A stretch of 20,000 bases of DNA. Source: Catajapyx aquilonaris (taxonomy: Eukaryota). The notes below the pieces were generated by a model that ran no database searches, was not told where the DNA came from, and worked only from the letters and a program-made list of their open reading frames with translations. The stretch covers positions 46,618 through 66,617 of the forward strand of contig KZ538495.1 of NCBI GenBank assembly GCA_000934665.2, given 5' to 3'. This document shows, one piece after another, positions 10,008 through 20,000 of the stretch. The position numbers and the translations under genes are program-made. Positions within the stretch are counted from its first letter, which is position 1. Each line of letters starts with the position of its first letter.

Positions 10008-11538
10008 GTGAGTTTGTTTAGGTAGAGTTGCAAATATTTGTTAGATTTTTTTCTTCTGAATTTCCTGTTATGTCAAGCATGATGCTGGAAGGTGTAGTAG
10101 ACTATTTTTAAATCCATTCTTGCAAGGCAGTTACATGCACCCATTGCTTTATCTTATTAATGTCATCCCTTAACTGCTAACTCAAATCCAATATTGCGAA
10201 AATAAGAGACTCGTAAATAGGGTGTCAAGTCATAATATTAATATTTTACGTCATTAGATGCCATGTACACTCTGGCCCAGCTCTGGTCTATATTTTTCAA
10301 TAAAAGTAACCGCTAATTTGCTGTGGACATCTAATCGAAAACGCCTTTAAAATAGCATTTCTTTGGGTCACGTGGGTTCTTCTTTTGAATATGCCTATTT
10401 CAATTCAATATGTTATTTTGTCATTTTAATATATTTCGGCAGATTATGGACAACTGCGAAATGTAAAATGATGAGTATTTTAGTTATGCAGTGTAGTCTT
10501 ATAAAGCCTGAGCGATAACCTAACTAGTATGGCCTAATTATGTAAGTGCCACTTTCCTTCCAATCATGGGAAGAGCATAGATGATATCGTCCAAGGATGT
10601 CGCCATTGCTTTTCCTATGAAAGAGAAAAGTAATGGTAACAAAATATTGACCGCCATCAAAGTCATGTGAAATGCGCCCAGATGAAGGACCTGCTTTACT
10701 GAGATTACTTTTTAATAATATAAAAACCCCTACAAAATTATTAATATTTATTTTACACGAGCATGATATTGTGTACATTTTTAAAACATTCTTTGAGTGA
10801 AAATCGTTCTCCATCTGACTACCATGAAAGAAAGATGGCCGCCCCCAGCTGCTCGCAATTGTACCGCTTGAACTTATTGCCTTCTGCTTTAATTGCTTGC
10901 GTAACATCTCTTCATCAGCCCGCATGTGTTTGACACATTTACCTTGAATTTTAACTCTTTCCGCACGTGACCTTCTTCATCATAGTGAACTACCAGTATT
11001 CCTAGTTGCAGGTAATGTGAAGATATTTCCAAATTTAACTGAGACCTACTGGGTATACTTCCCAGCCCAAAATGTTGCGAAGCAATTTGGCCATAGTGGT
11101 TAGATTAGTGCCCTCACTGCTCATTATATGGAGGTCATTCGGCACCCTCGACACATCATCTATTGTCTGAGGGGATGTGATAGACTCCCCTTGCATTATT
11201 CTGTTGAAACCTCTCACTCTTACTTACAGTTTCACGTACATTTTTCTGAGCTGCCAAGCCTAACCAACTGCATGATTTTCAACCTGAAGAAAGCTTCTAA
11301 CTAGTCTCCACAGGGCCTTGTGTGTGATAGTATGTAGTTTGTTGTGATATTTTGTTAATCCTGGCATATCCCACGTGCACTTTTGTTGCTTAAATCTCAA
11401 CATATTTTGTCCAAAAACTACTGCATATACAACTACAAATATCAACAAGTGAGCACCATTTTCCTTTCACGATATTATATATTTGCCATGTATGACTGAT
11501 CGTTACTTCTATTTCAGATTTATTTGTGTAAAGAGAAG

Positions 11539-13424
11539 ATGCCAAGGTCTACTTTCGACTTGGTTGGATCTAAACGTATATACCTTGTGGATGCCCTTGC
11601 CATATTATTTGGCATAGCATCATGGATCAGCATCAATGGGCTGTGGGTTGAAGTTCCTCTGCTGGTAGAGTCTCTTCCTGAAGGATGGAAGCTGCCATCA
11701 TACCTTGCAGTTGTTGTACAGGTGGCCAACATTGGCCCTGTGGCTTATGGCATTGCAAAGTCATTTCGGCCCAACCAGGTCAATGAGACCTATATTATAT
11801 ATGGTGTTCTTATAATTGGAGCAATTGCATCACTGTGTCTGGCCACCATCTGGGAAAAGACAGCCATTGTTTTGGGAAACCCACACAGTGTTGCTCTCAT
11901 AGTACTCACATTTTTTCTGGCCACTGTGGACTGCAGCAGTTCAGTACTGTTTATGCCATTTATGGCTGTATTCCAAAAGACATATCTTACATCATACCTG
12001 ATTGGAGAAGCGCTTAGTGGGTTCATACCAAGTGTTGCGGCCTTAGCGCAGGGAATTGGAGGAGGACCTGCATGCATGAATGAGACTAGTGGTGGCAATG
12101 TTACTTTTAAGAAGGCCGTGTATCCACCACCACGGTTTTCAATTGATGCATTTTTTTACTTTTTACTGGGTATGATGGCCTTGAGCACAGCAGCTTTTAC
12201 CATGTTGAATGTTCTTCCATCTGCAAAAAAGGCAAGGATTCAGAAGGATGCAGCTGCAGCCACAGTTCAAGCAGATCCAAAGACATCCCCACCTGAGAAC
12301 CCTAGTGATTCACTGTTGCATAGCACAACCTTGCACCGCAAGTACTCGTGCGAAAGCATCAACAACCCTCACACTAGCAAAGGATCTATGTCAGGCCCCA
12401 TGTTTGCTTATTTACTGTTTCTTCAGGCATGGATCTGTACATGCAAGAATGGGGTGTTCACAAGCATTCAAACTTATTCCACTCTCCCATATGGCAATCT
12501 GGTCTTTCACTTGTCTGTGGCACTATCGAGCATGGCCAGCCCTATTGTATGCTGCTTAGCATTCTTTCTTTCCACAACCAATGTGCATGTTGTTACAACA
12601 CTCACAGGGCTTGGGACCATTGTTGCTGGCTACATTATGGCACTGGCCGTCATGAGTCCCACACCACCAATGATGGATTCAGCTACTGGCCAGGCACTTG
12701 TGGTAAGTTGATTTTGCTTATTTTCATCAGCCAGCACATCTAGCTGGCCATGTATTGCTCAAATGGAAAAATCAGCTTGTGTTTATTGGTTCATGTGACA
12801 ACTGGAGAAATTTCTCACTTGAGCTGAATCAATAGGCTTGAGTTGAATAACTCACACCCCTGTGGTAATTATCATCTGCATAAATTTGGGAATGCTTGCA
12901 TTATTTACTCTAAGTAGGAGTATTGACTTCTGCTGGGATAAACCGGAGAGATCCTATTCTTATATTTGCAGACTTTCCCCTGTTGGTGTCATGGAAAGAG
13001 TGTCTGCAGAGTACCAGACTGTGCATCAGATACCAGTATCTGATATTCGCATCACTGTACTGTTGCATATCATATTTCATTCATTGCACCTGGTATTCTG
13101 TGGATTCCCTCACCAGGTCATTAATAGAGGGCCGTCTGAGCAACACTTTTGGCTACTGATGTCAAATTCATTGCAAATTGTGTGAAATGAGGAATATCAG
13201 ACTAAATATTTGTAATTACTTTCCAGATACTGGCATGGATCTTGTTCTCCAGCCTGTTTACATACGCCAAGCTGTGTATTGCAACACTTTGTCGCATCCG
13301 AGGCCACCAAGCTCTCTTTTACTGTGGGGCCATCACCCAATTAGGTTCATCTATAGGAGCATTTGTGATGTTTTTTGTTATCAACTTTACGAACACTTTC
13401 AGGAGTTTTTCGCCATGTTTATGA
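11539..13424 (+). CDS. SLC52A3: Riboflavin transporter, SLC52 family (SLC52A1-3/RFVT-like), 453 aa
   Basis: join(11539..12702,13227..13424) with a phase-0 intron GTG|gtaagt...ttccag|ATA. Multi-TM protein with SLC52 signatures FGIASWISINGLWVEVPLLV..LPEGWKLPSYL, DCSSSVLFMPFM, GEALSGFIPSVAALAQG, PPRFS, NGVFTSIQTYSTLPYG and GAITQLGS. The symbol denotes the family; an invertebrate gene is co-orthologous to vertebrate SLC52A1/2/3. Confidence 0.93.
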
Positions 13425-13656
13425 TGGGAAATGGTTCATAGTTTATAGTAAATGCTCAATAATTCAGTATACTCTCCGGTGCCTTTTCCTGGGGTACTTA
13501 TTTTGTGACCAGGATTGGTGCTCTGATACCATTTAGCTTTATCCATTCCTAAGAGCAGGCCCGTGCAAGTATTTTAGTGACTTTTAAGTATGAAATGTTT
13601 TGTTATATGAATAGTTTATTTGCAAGTGTTTTATAAATGGATTGAAAATTTTAAGA

Positions 13657-13662
13657 AATAAA
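13657..13662 (+). terminator. Probable polyadenylation signal of the SLC52 gene
   Basis: AATAAA about 230 nt after the stop codon, followed by T/GT-rich sequence. Confidence 0.55.
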
Positions 13663-13740
13663 GAGTTGAACGTTGTAATTTTCACTATGCCTTGTGTTCA
13701 AATCTCAACTCATTAATTACAGTATTTAATAACCAAGGAC

Positions 13741-14090
13741 AATGGGCGGAAGTTAATTCCACCCCACACATGCAGTGTGATGATTGATGAACCTAAATGG
13801 GCGCCATTTCTCGTCTTGGAATCAAGTGAAATTCAGACAGGTGGCGTCTCCCGGCGTCTGGTGGCCCAAGCGCCCAACCTAGTACCCAGCAGAATCAGTA
13901 GATGGGCTTCTGATAACGGCCGGCAGATGACACAACCAGGCCCTGACTGCTTTCACGTGCATCTGTATATAGTTGTTTAAATTAAATTACATAATATTTC
14001 GTAACTCGGATTTATATGAATTGAACTGCTAGTGCACTCCAGCTGATATGAGACATTGCATTTCGTAACCCTATCGTTATCAGTCAATAA
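13741..14090 (+). promoter_or_regulatory. CpG-containing, TATA-less promoter region of LDHD
   Basis: CpG reappears locally between two CpG-depleted gene bodies. Motifs: ETS-like GCGGAAGT (~13746), YY1-like GCGCCATTT (13801), E-box CACGTG (~13954), DRE-like TATCGTTA (14072) and Inr TCAGTC (14080-14085), about 65 nt before the ATG. Confidence 0.5.
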
Positions 14091-14146
14091 GCCAGAGAGG
14101 ATAGAGCGACACAGAGCATTGTAATCACAGCAACTCAACAGAAGTC

Positions 14147-17100
14147 ATGGTAAGGACATAGATTGAATGGTGCACTGGCATTGTGCATTACACCTGACAT
14201 GTGCAATATGGTGCAATTGTCATTCCAGGATTTGCGTCATGTGATGAGGTTTTCCAGTGTTGCAGCCAAGGCCCTGCAGTTTGCCACACGCCGGGAAGCC
14301 AATGCTTCTGCTGTACGTCCCTTCATCACAAGCTTCACCACAGGGCTCAAAAATATGGGCTATAAGGGTGGATTTATTTGCCGTATAAATTTCCAGTGAC
14401 AGGTCATGCAAGCACATTTGAAAAGGTTCAGAAGTGAATTTTAACACTTAACTAGTAAGGTGGGGTCATTTTTGACCCCAAGCTACTCGACCCAAGCTTA
14501 CTCGAGACCCCACCTTACTAGTTAAGTGTTAACAGGATGACACTGAGGATATCTCACCTTTATCGTGTGCTTGTTGAACTGTGCCGTTGGGCCTGTTATA
14601 ATTATGGTAGTCTTTTTCTTCCCCTTTAGAAGGGAAAAGGGATGCACAGGAATAAAATTTTTATAGATCACTGTCAAAATGTCCGCAGCAAAAGCTATGT
14701 TCAATTGAACTATGATTAAGGCCTTGTTATTGGCTGACAGGTTGCATTGCAGGTTTTATTCAAATACAGGTTTGAACGAAATTGATGTCGCAGTATATGC
14801 ATGATGCATGCATCTCTTGCTAATAGTTCATATTACTCGTTTAAAAAAAACAACAAAAAAACAGCATAGATACCATAAACTCTGCGAGTGGGTAGATATG
14901 AATTCAATAAAAGGGGTGATTTGGTGACACATGCATGTAATGAATTTATATTCATATTACAAGTGCACTGCTTACAGAATTTTGCTATTCATTTGTCTGA
15001 CAGTTTTTAACATAAAATGTAAATGGGACGATAATTCAAAAGCAATTCCTGAAGTCGCCAGGAATTAAAAGTGGGAAATCTTGAACTTGTTATTACTATT
15101 CCTGAAGCATAATTGGAGGGGCAGAATTGGTAACAAGTTTCATTGTGAAACATCACATATATCATTCATTTTCAGATATCACCTATTAAGGAGAGAGTGC
15201 ATTCCATTGTTGGTAAGGCAAATGTGTCCAGCTCTCAGGCAGTGCTTGAGCAGCACTCAAAAGATGAGGGACCACACCAAGGACACCTGCCGGACCTGGT
15301 TGTTTGGCCACAGTCCACTGATCAAGTGTCACAGGTGGTGCAGCTGTGCCAAGCTCATGGAGTCCCCATGATCCCATTTGGAACTGGCACTGGCCTTGAG
15401 TCAGGGGTCAGTGCTCTGCAGGTGTGTCCTCTCTCCTCTAAACAATATAAAATGCAATGTAATGCTTATGGATCACAAGGTATTGGGAATGTACTGAGAG
15501 TGCCGTTTACACATGCCTTTCTAATTAAAGGGAGGAGTTTGTATAAATGTGAGCAAGATGGACCAAGTTGTTGCCTTCCATCCATCTGACTTTGATGTGA
15601 CCGTTGAACCAGGAGTGACAAGAAAAGGTCTCAATCATCATGTAAAGGACGCAGGACTGTGGTTCCCAATTGGTGAGGCTCCCAGGAGTTTGTTTCTAGA
15701 TTTTGACAAGCTTTCGGAATTTATTAGACCCATTTCCACCAAACTTACTAACTGTCAGTTAAGCCTGTAGTTGTAAAAAAAAGCACACAATTTCAACTGA
15801 TTGGGAAGGGGGGGGGATTACATTTTTCCTGCAAATAGTCAAATTTTCCATGATATCTTTAGCATTCTATGTCCATCATCAATTTTTATCATTAATGACT
15901 TTGCCTGATGAAGGCTATTTACTATGAGCACCAAAGATATTTACGAAAAAGAGCCTGCCACAGGTACCATACATTCGAGGACCCAATCATTGCAACAATG
16001 GATTTCTGAAGGGACTCCCGGACTGATTGGGTCAGAGACTAAGTAGGGGTGAGGCAAATATTGCAATAAGTTTTTGAGGACTTACATAAAAATTACTCAA
16101 CATAATTTGTCTGTTACATTATTATCATTAGACTGCGAAATACAAACCCAATTTATTTAACTTGCCACACACAAATGCTTGTTTCCTATGAGATGTTACA
16201 AATGAAGACGTCAGGGGAAGAACGATCAAGGTCCACCTCAGGAGAAGCTGAGATATTCCAATTTCAAATTTTGAAGGCCCATGAGGTTCAATTTTGTACA
16301 TCCCACTTTTGGGGCCTTCCATAGTGACCTGTGATCATTACTCCACCACCAAGACCAAACCATCATATTGTACCCTAGTGAAATTATCTTCTGAGATATG
16401 TAACTCATTTTTTGACAAAAAGTGGACTTTGATCGTTCTTCCCCCAAGGTCTTCAAATGACAATAGAGGTGAGTGTTTAAATTTTAAAATGAAGTTCCTG
16501 TAATTGGTTACCCTGTGACAGCCATGTAGCCTTTTATGGGATCATCTTCCAAGCATGTGACTATTCATTCAATGCACTGTAATTGATTTTTGTTGTAGGA
16601 GAATATGATAGAACCATGAGAAACTCCATGCGAACACAGGAGGAACCCATCAAAACTATTTCCACATGAGAAATTCCTCTGACCTTACCAAGAGTAGATG
16701 AATTTTTAATGGGCTACTGACTTTACTTGTAAATTATTATAGATTCAGGCATTGAAGTTCTGTGGGGCTGTTACAAAAAACATGAACAAATTGTTACATC
16801 AGTTTTTAAATATATAGATGATAATATGCTTATCAATGTCATTGACTTTTGAACTGGATGCGCAACTCATTACTTGTGATGAAAGGCACTATGTTTTGCA
16901 TAATATGATAAGTTAATGACATATCAGGACTGAGGAAATAAGCTGTTATGTGCTGTAATCTTCATTGTTTAAACAACAAGTCAATGATATGAGTCCTAGA
17001 ATTATTAAACTTTGGCCTTATTTTTGTATTTGGGAACCAGAAATGCTCATTTACTGTATCTAAGGGTGTGTTCCATTCAATGTGATGCAGTATCTCATAG

Positions 17101-19069
17101 TTTTATGCAATTATTCTCCATTTGCAATGAATATTTTTATCAAGCACTATTTTTTAAACATGTTTGGACCTCAACCAGTGTTTATTTCTTAACACAGATC
17201 CAGGTGCTGATGCTTCTGTTTGTGGAATGGCTTCAACTAGTGCATCCGGCACCAACGCTGTGCGATATGGGACTATGCGGGAGAATGTGATGAACTTGGA
17301 AGTTGTGCTACCTGATGGAAGTGTCTGCCACACAGCAGGAGAAGGTCGACACACTCGCAAGTCCTCTGCAGGATACAATCTGACCAATTTGTTTGTGGGG
17401 TCGGAAGGAACTCTTGGAATTATCACCAAGGCAACTGTGAGGCTCCAAGCCATACCAGAAGTTATGGCATCAGCTGTCTGTGCATTTCCTTCTGTTGGTG
17501 ATGCAGTAGCGACTACTGTAGAGACATTACAATGCAGCATTCCAGTTGCAAGAATTGGTGAGTATTTTAATTTTGAAAACGTCATTAGTTTGAAAGATTA
17601 TTAAAAACTAACATTCATATTTATCATTGCAGAATTCTTGGATGAGATGAGCATAAGGGCTGTGAACAAGTACAGTAAACTTAATTATGCTGAGCAAGCT
17701 TCCCTGTTCCTCGAATTCCACGGATCTCCAACAGAAGTGCAAGCCCATGCTAATCTAGTTGGTATGTTGCTCTTCTACTAGATTCACTCAAATGAAAGTG
17801 AGCAAGTGACCAATGAAGTGTGTGGCCAGATGTTGGAGCATAATTAAACTCATTTTACAGTAGAGCATGTTTCCATATTAATGACTGTTGCAACAATTCA
17901 AATACTAGTCTTGCCTAAGGTATATCGCATTAGGTTTTCAGGCAGTTTGCGTAAGTTAGTAAAATACAGTTATAAGTAAGCACTTGTAAATTCTGTGTTT
18001 GATTACGTAAAAATTGTTGGTGTTCATACTTGTGGTGCAAAACTGTATTGCATAAGATGTCGAATGATTTTCTGTAGCTGCTATGACACTTGTGCAAAAT
18101 CCAAAGTTAAACTTGCCAATCAAACCCTTAACACCCCAAAAGCCAATCCTTGGGTCAGAATTCAATATTATCAGCCACACAGACAAATTGGACTGGACAT
18201 AAATTGGACTTAAGAGCCTTGCAGTGTTACTTGTGCAAATGAAATCCTTCTTCCCTCTGTCAGATCCTACAAATGTGAATGACAAATGAAGTGTATCAAA
18301 TTACAAAATGAGCCGTTATTGTTACTATTTGTGACAATTATTTCATGATTAAATTCCGATACTGCTGTGAAATGAAAAATTCTATCTTTGTACTAGGGGA
18401 ACTTGCAAAGGGCCATGGAGGGACTGACTTCAAGTGGAGCACTGACACTGAAGAAAGGAACCGCTTGTGGAAGGCACGCCATGATCTCTTCTATGCAGTT
18501 GGCAATTTAAGACCTGGCTGCAAGCAGTATCTTACTGATGTTTGTGTACCAGTCTCCAACCTGAGAGAGGCCATTGCTTTTGCCAAAGGGGAGATGGAAA
18601 AGGAAAGAATACTGGGTGCCATCTTGGGTCATGTAGGTGATGGAAACTTCCATTGCAATCTCACCTTTGACCCAAATGATCCCAAGGAGCTGTTGTTGTG
18701 CAAAGATGTTGCCTCAAGAATTGCAAGGTGAGACTATTGTTGTACAAAACTTGGAAGAATTGTACTAAATCTTCCAAGTGGCAACAGTAAGTTCTAATAA
18801 AATGGTTTTAGGTGTTGTGGAACTTTAATTTAGTTTTAGCTGCACTTTATTGGACTGAAGTTACTCATAGTGTCTGTTAATCATTGTATTGCAGGAAGGC
18901 TTTGGCTCTTCAAGGAACTTGCACAGGAGAACATGGTATTGGAATAGGAAAGATAGGACTGTTGGAGGAGGAAATGGGTGCAACTGGTATTCGTATAATG
19001 AAGCAGATTAAGTCAATCCTTGATCCAAATGGGCTGATGAATCCTGGAAAAGTCTTGAGTCCTGCCTAG
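14147..19069 (+). CDS. LDHD: Probable D-lactate dehydrogenase, mitochondrial (FAD-binding oxidoreductase/transferase type 4), 489 aa
   Basis: join(14147..14149,14229..14312,15176..15421,15531..15672,17198..17557,17633..17761,18397..18727,18895..19069); all GT-AG, phases 0,0,0,1,1,1,2, total 1470 nt. N-terminal Arg/Ser/Ala-rich targeting peptide. Motifs [91 protein letters not shown] and [11 protein letters not shown]. Exons 1-2 are less certain than exons 3-8. Confidence 0.95.
14445..14528. mobile_element. 84-bp piggyBac-type MITE in LDHD intron 2
   Basis: Perfect 23-bp TIRs CACTTAACTAGTAAGGTGGGGTC (14445-14467 and 14506-14528), flanked by TTAA at 14441-14444 and 14529-14532. Sub-terminal palindrome GGGGTCATTTTTGACCCC. 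Confidence 0.8.
16205..16453. mobile_element. 249-bp non-autonomous TIR element (MITE) in LDHD intron 4, superfamily unassigned
   Basis: Imperfect ~32-bp inverted repeats AAGACGTCAGGGGAAGAACGATCAAGGTCCAC (16205-16236) and GTGGACTTTGATCGTTCTTCCCCCAAGGTCTT (16422-16453), flanked by the direct repeat CAAATG (16199-16204 and 16454-16459). Confidence 0.72.
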
Positions 19070-20000
19070 TCTGCAAATGCATTGAAACCTGTAAGACTGA
19101 ACCTGGTAAGGACTAAAATTGTTTGTAGCAGTGTTTTCTTATTACTACTGCATGCAGCACTTATTAGTGTTCGTCTTAGGATGTTACAGCTTGTAAGTTA
19201 ATTTTATAACAAGAAAATATATTGATTCAGTGTGTATATACCGCAAGAGTATGAGCAGGCACTGGAATTCTTTAAAATATGCCACTTATCGTGATGATAG
19301 CCGCATAACTTGCGAAGATGATGCAAGAGTGCCAGTAAGAATTTTGGTGTTATAATTTTTGCAGCAAAAATATTGTGGGACGGCTTAATACAGCTAAAAT
19401 TCTGGTATTTCACTAAAATTATTCAAATATATGAACTTTATGCTTACTTTGTCAAAAAGAAACATCTTACTTTCACATGAGTAGTCCTCAACTCACTTGA
19501 TATTGACCTGCAGCATATTTCAAGGAAGCTGTTGATGAACAGATCCATGAGTCACTCACTGCCTTGGGGTGCCAAAGTGGTGTCAAGAGGCCAAGTTGGA
19601 TGACCCTCTGCCCCAAGAAGATAGGTGAACAAGAAAAACCTTATACGATTGGTTTAGCCGCATCATTTACCCCAGGATGTAATTTTTGATTGATCAAGAT
19701 GGATCTGACTATTATTTTTATTTAGAAAATAAAGCTGCATATGTATTGAGAGTGTATTATTTTATTTTGACAATGTTCCCAGGCAGTTTGTACTTGTACA
19801 TCCACATGCTAGCAGCACATAATGTTACAAATGGATTCTTTATAATTGAACAGTTACATTTACTGTGCAACTGATCCAATTACACCTCTGGACCTCTGGA
19901 CCACTTAAGGTGGAAATGAAGCGACTTGCTAATCAAATGAGAGTCTAGAATTGGAATGTTAATAAGAAGGGCTAAAATCAGGGAAACATACGCGACCGAT

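Noticed and set aside
11520..12743. Antisense and alternative-frame ORFs overlapping the SLC52 exon
   Set aside because: Shadow ORFs of a long coding exon, with no protein-family features.
13425..14146. FMN-riboswitch-like element linking the riboflavin transporter to LDHD
   Set aside because: No recognisable RFN-element conserved blocks were seen here or upstream of SLC52, and FMN riboswitches are not known in animals.
15905..15950. CCTGATGAAGGC...CGAAA resembling a Penelope-type hammerhead ribozyme core
   Set aside because: No complementary stem II (no GCC before GAAA), and stems I and III could not be formed.
17154..17585. 143-aa minus-strand ORF
   Set aside because: Antisense shadow of LDHD exon 5.
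19231..19624. Protein-like snippets after LDHD (VYIPQEYEQALEFFK, TPR-like; possible 111-nt exon 19514-19624 reading AYFKEAVDEQIHESL...)
   Set aside because: Short, interrupted by stops and not linkable into a gene; could be chance. BLASTX and RNA-seq would be needed.

Overview
AT-rich eukaryotic genomic DNA, almost certainly from an arthropod: it carries an R&R-consensus cuticular protein gene, GT-AG spliceosomal introns and a gene-body CpG-depletion pattern. Three intact plus-strand, intron-containing genes can be spliced by hand with consistent intron phases. (1) A secreted RR-2-like chitin-binding cuticular protein with a long Gln/Pro/Val/His-rich tail (about 4375-7926, about 384 aa); the ORF track misses its diagnostic exon. 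(2) An SLC52-family riboflavin transporter (11539-13424, 453 aa). (3) Only about 720 bp downstream, a mitochondrial FAD-dependent D-lactate dehydrogenase, LDHD (14147-19069, 8 coding exons, 489 aa). Non-genic features are a Tc1/mariner-type MITE, an 84-bp piggyBac-type TTAA MITE, a 249-bp TIR element with a 6-bp target duplication, an ~82-bp tandem triplication and an (ATT)29 microsatellite. I found no convincing new biological system. The most interesting points are the tight riboflavin-transporter/flavoenzyme pairing with a motif-dense spacer, the cuticle protein architecture, and the small transposons. Family assignments come from motif recognition, not database searches.
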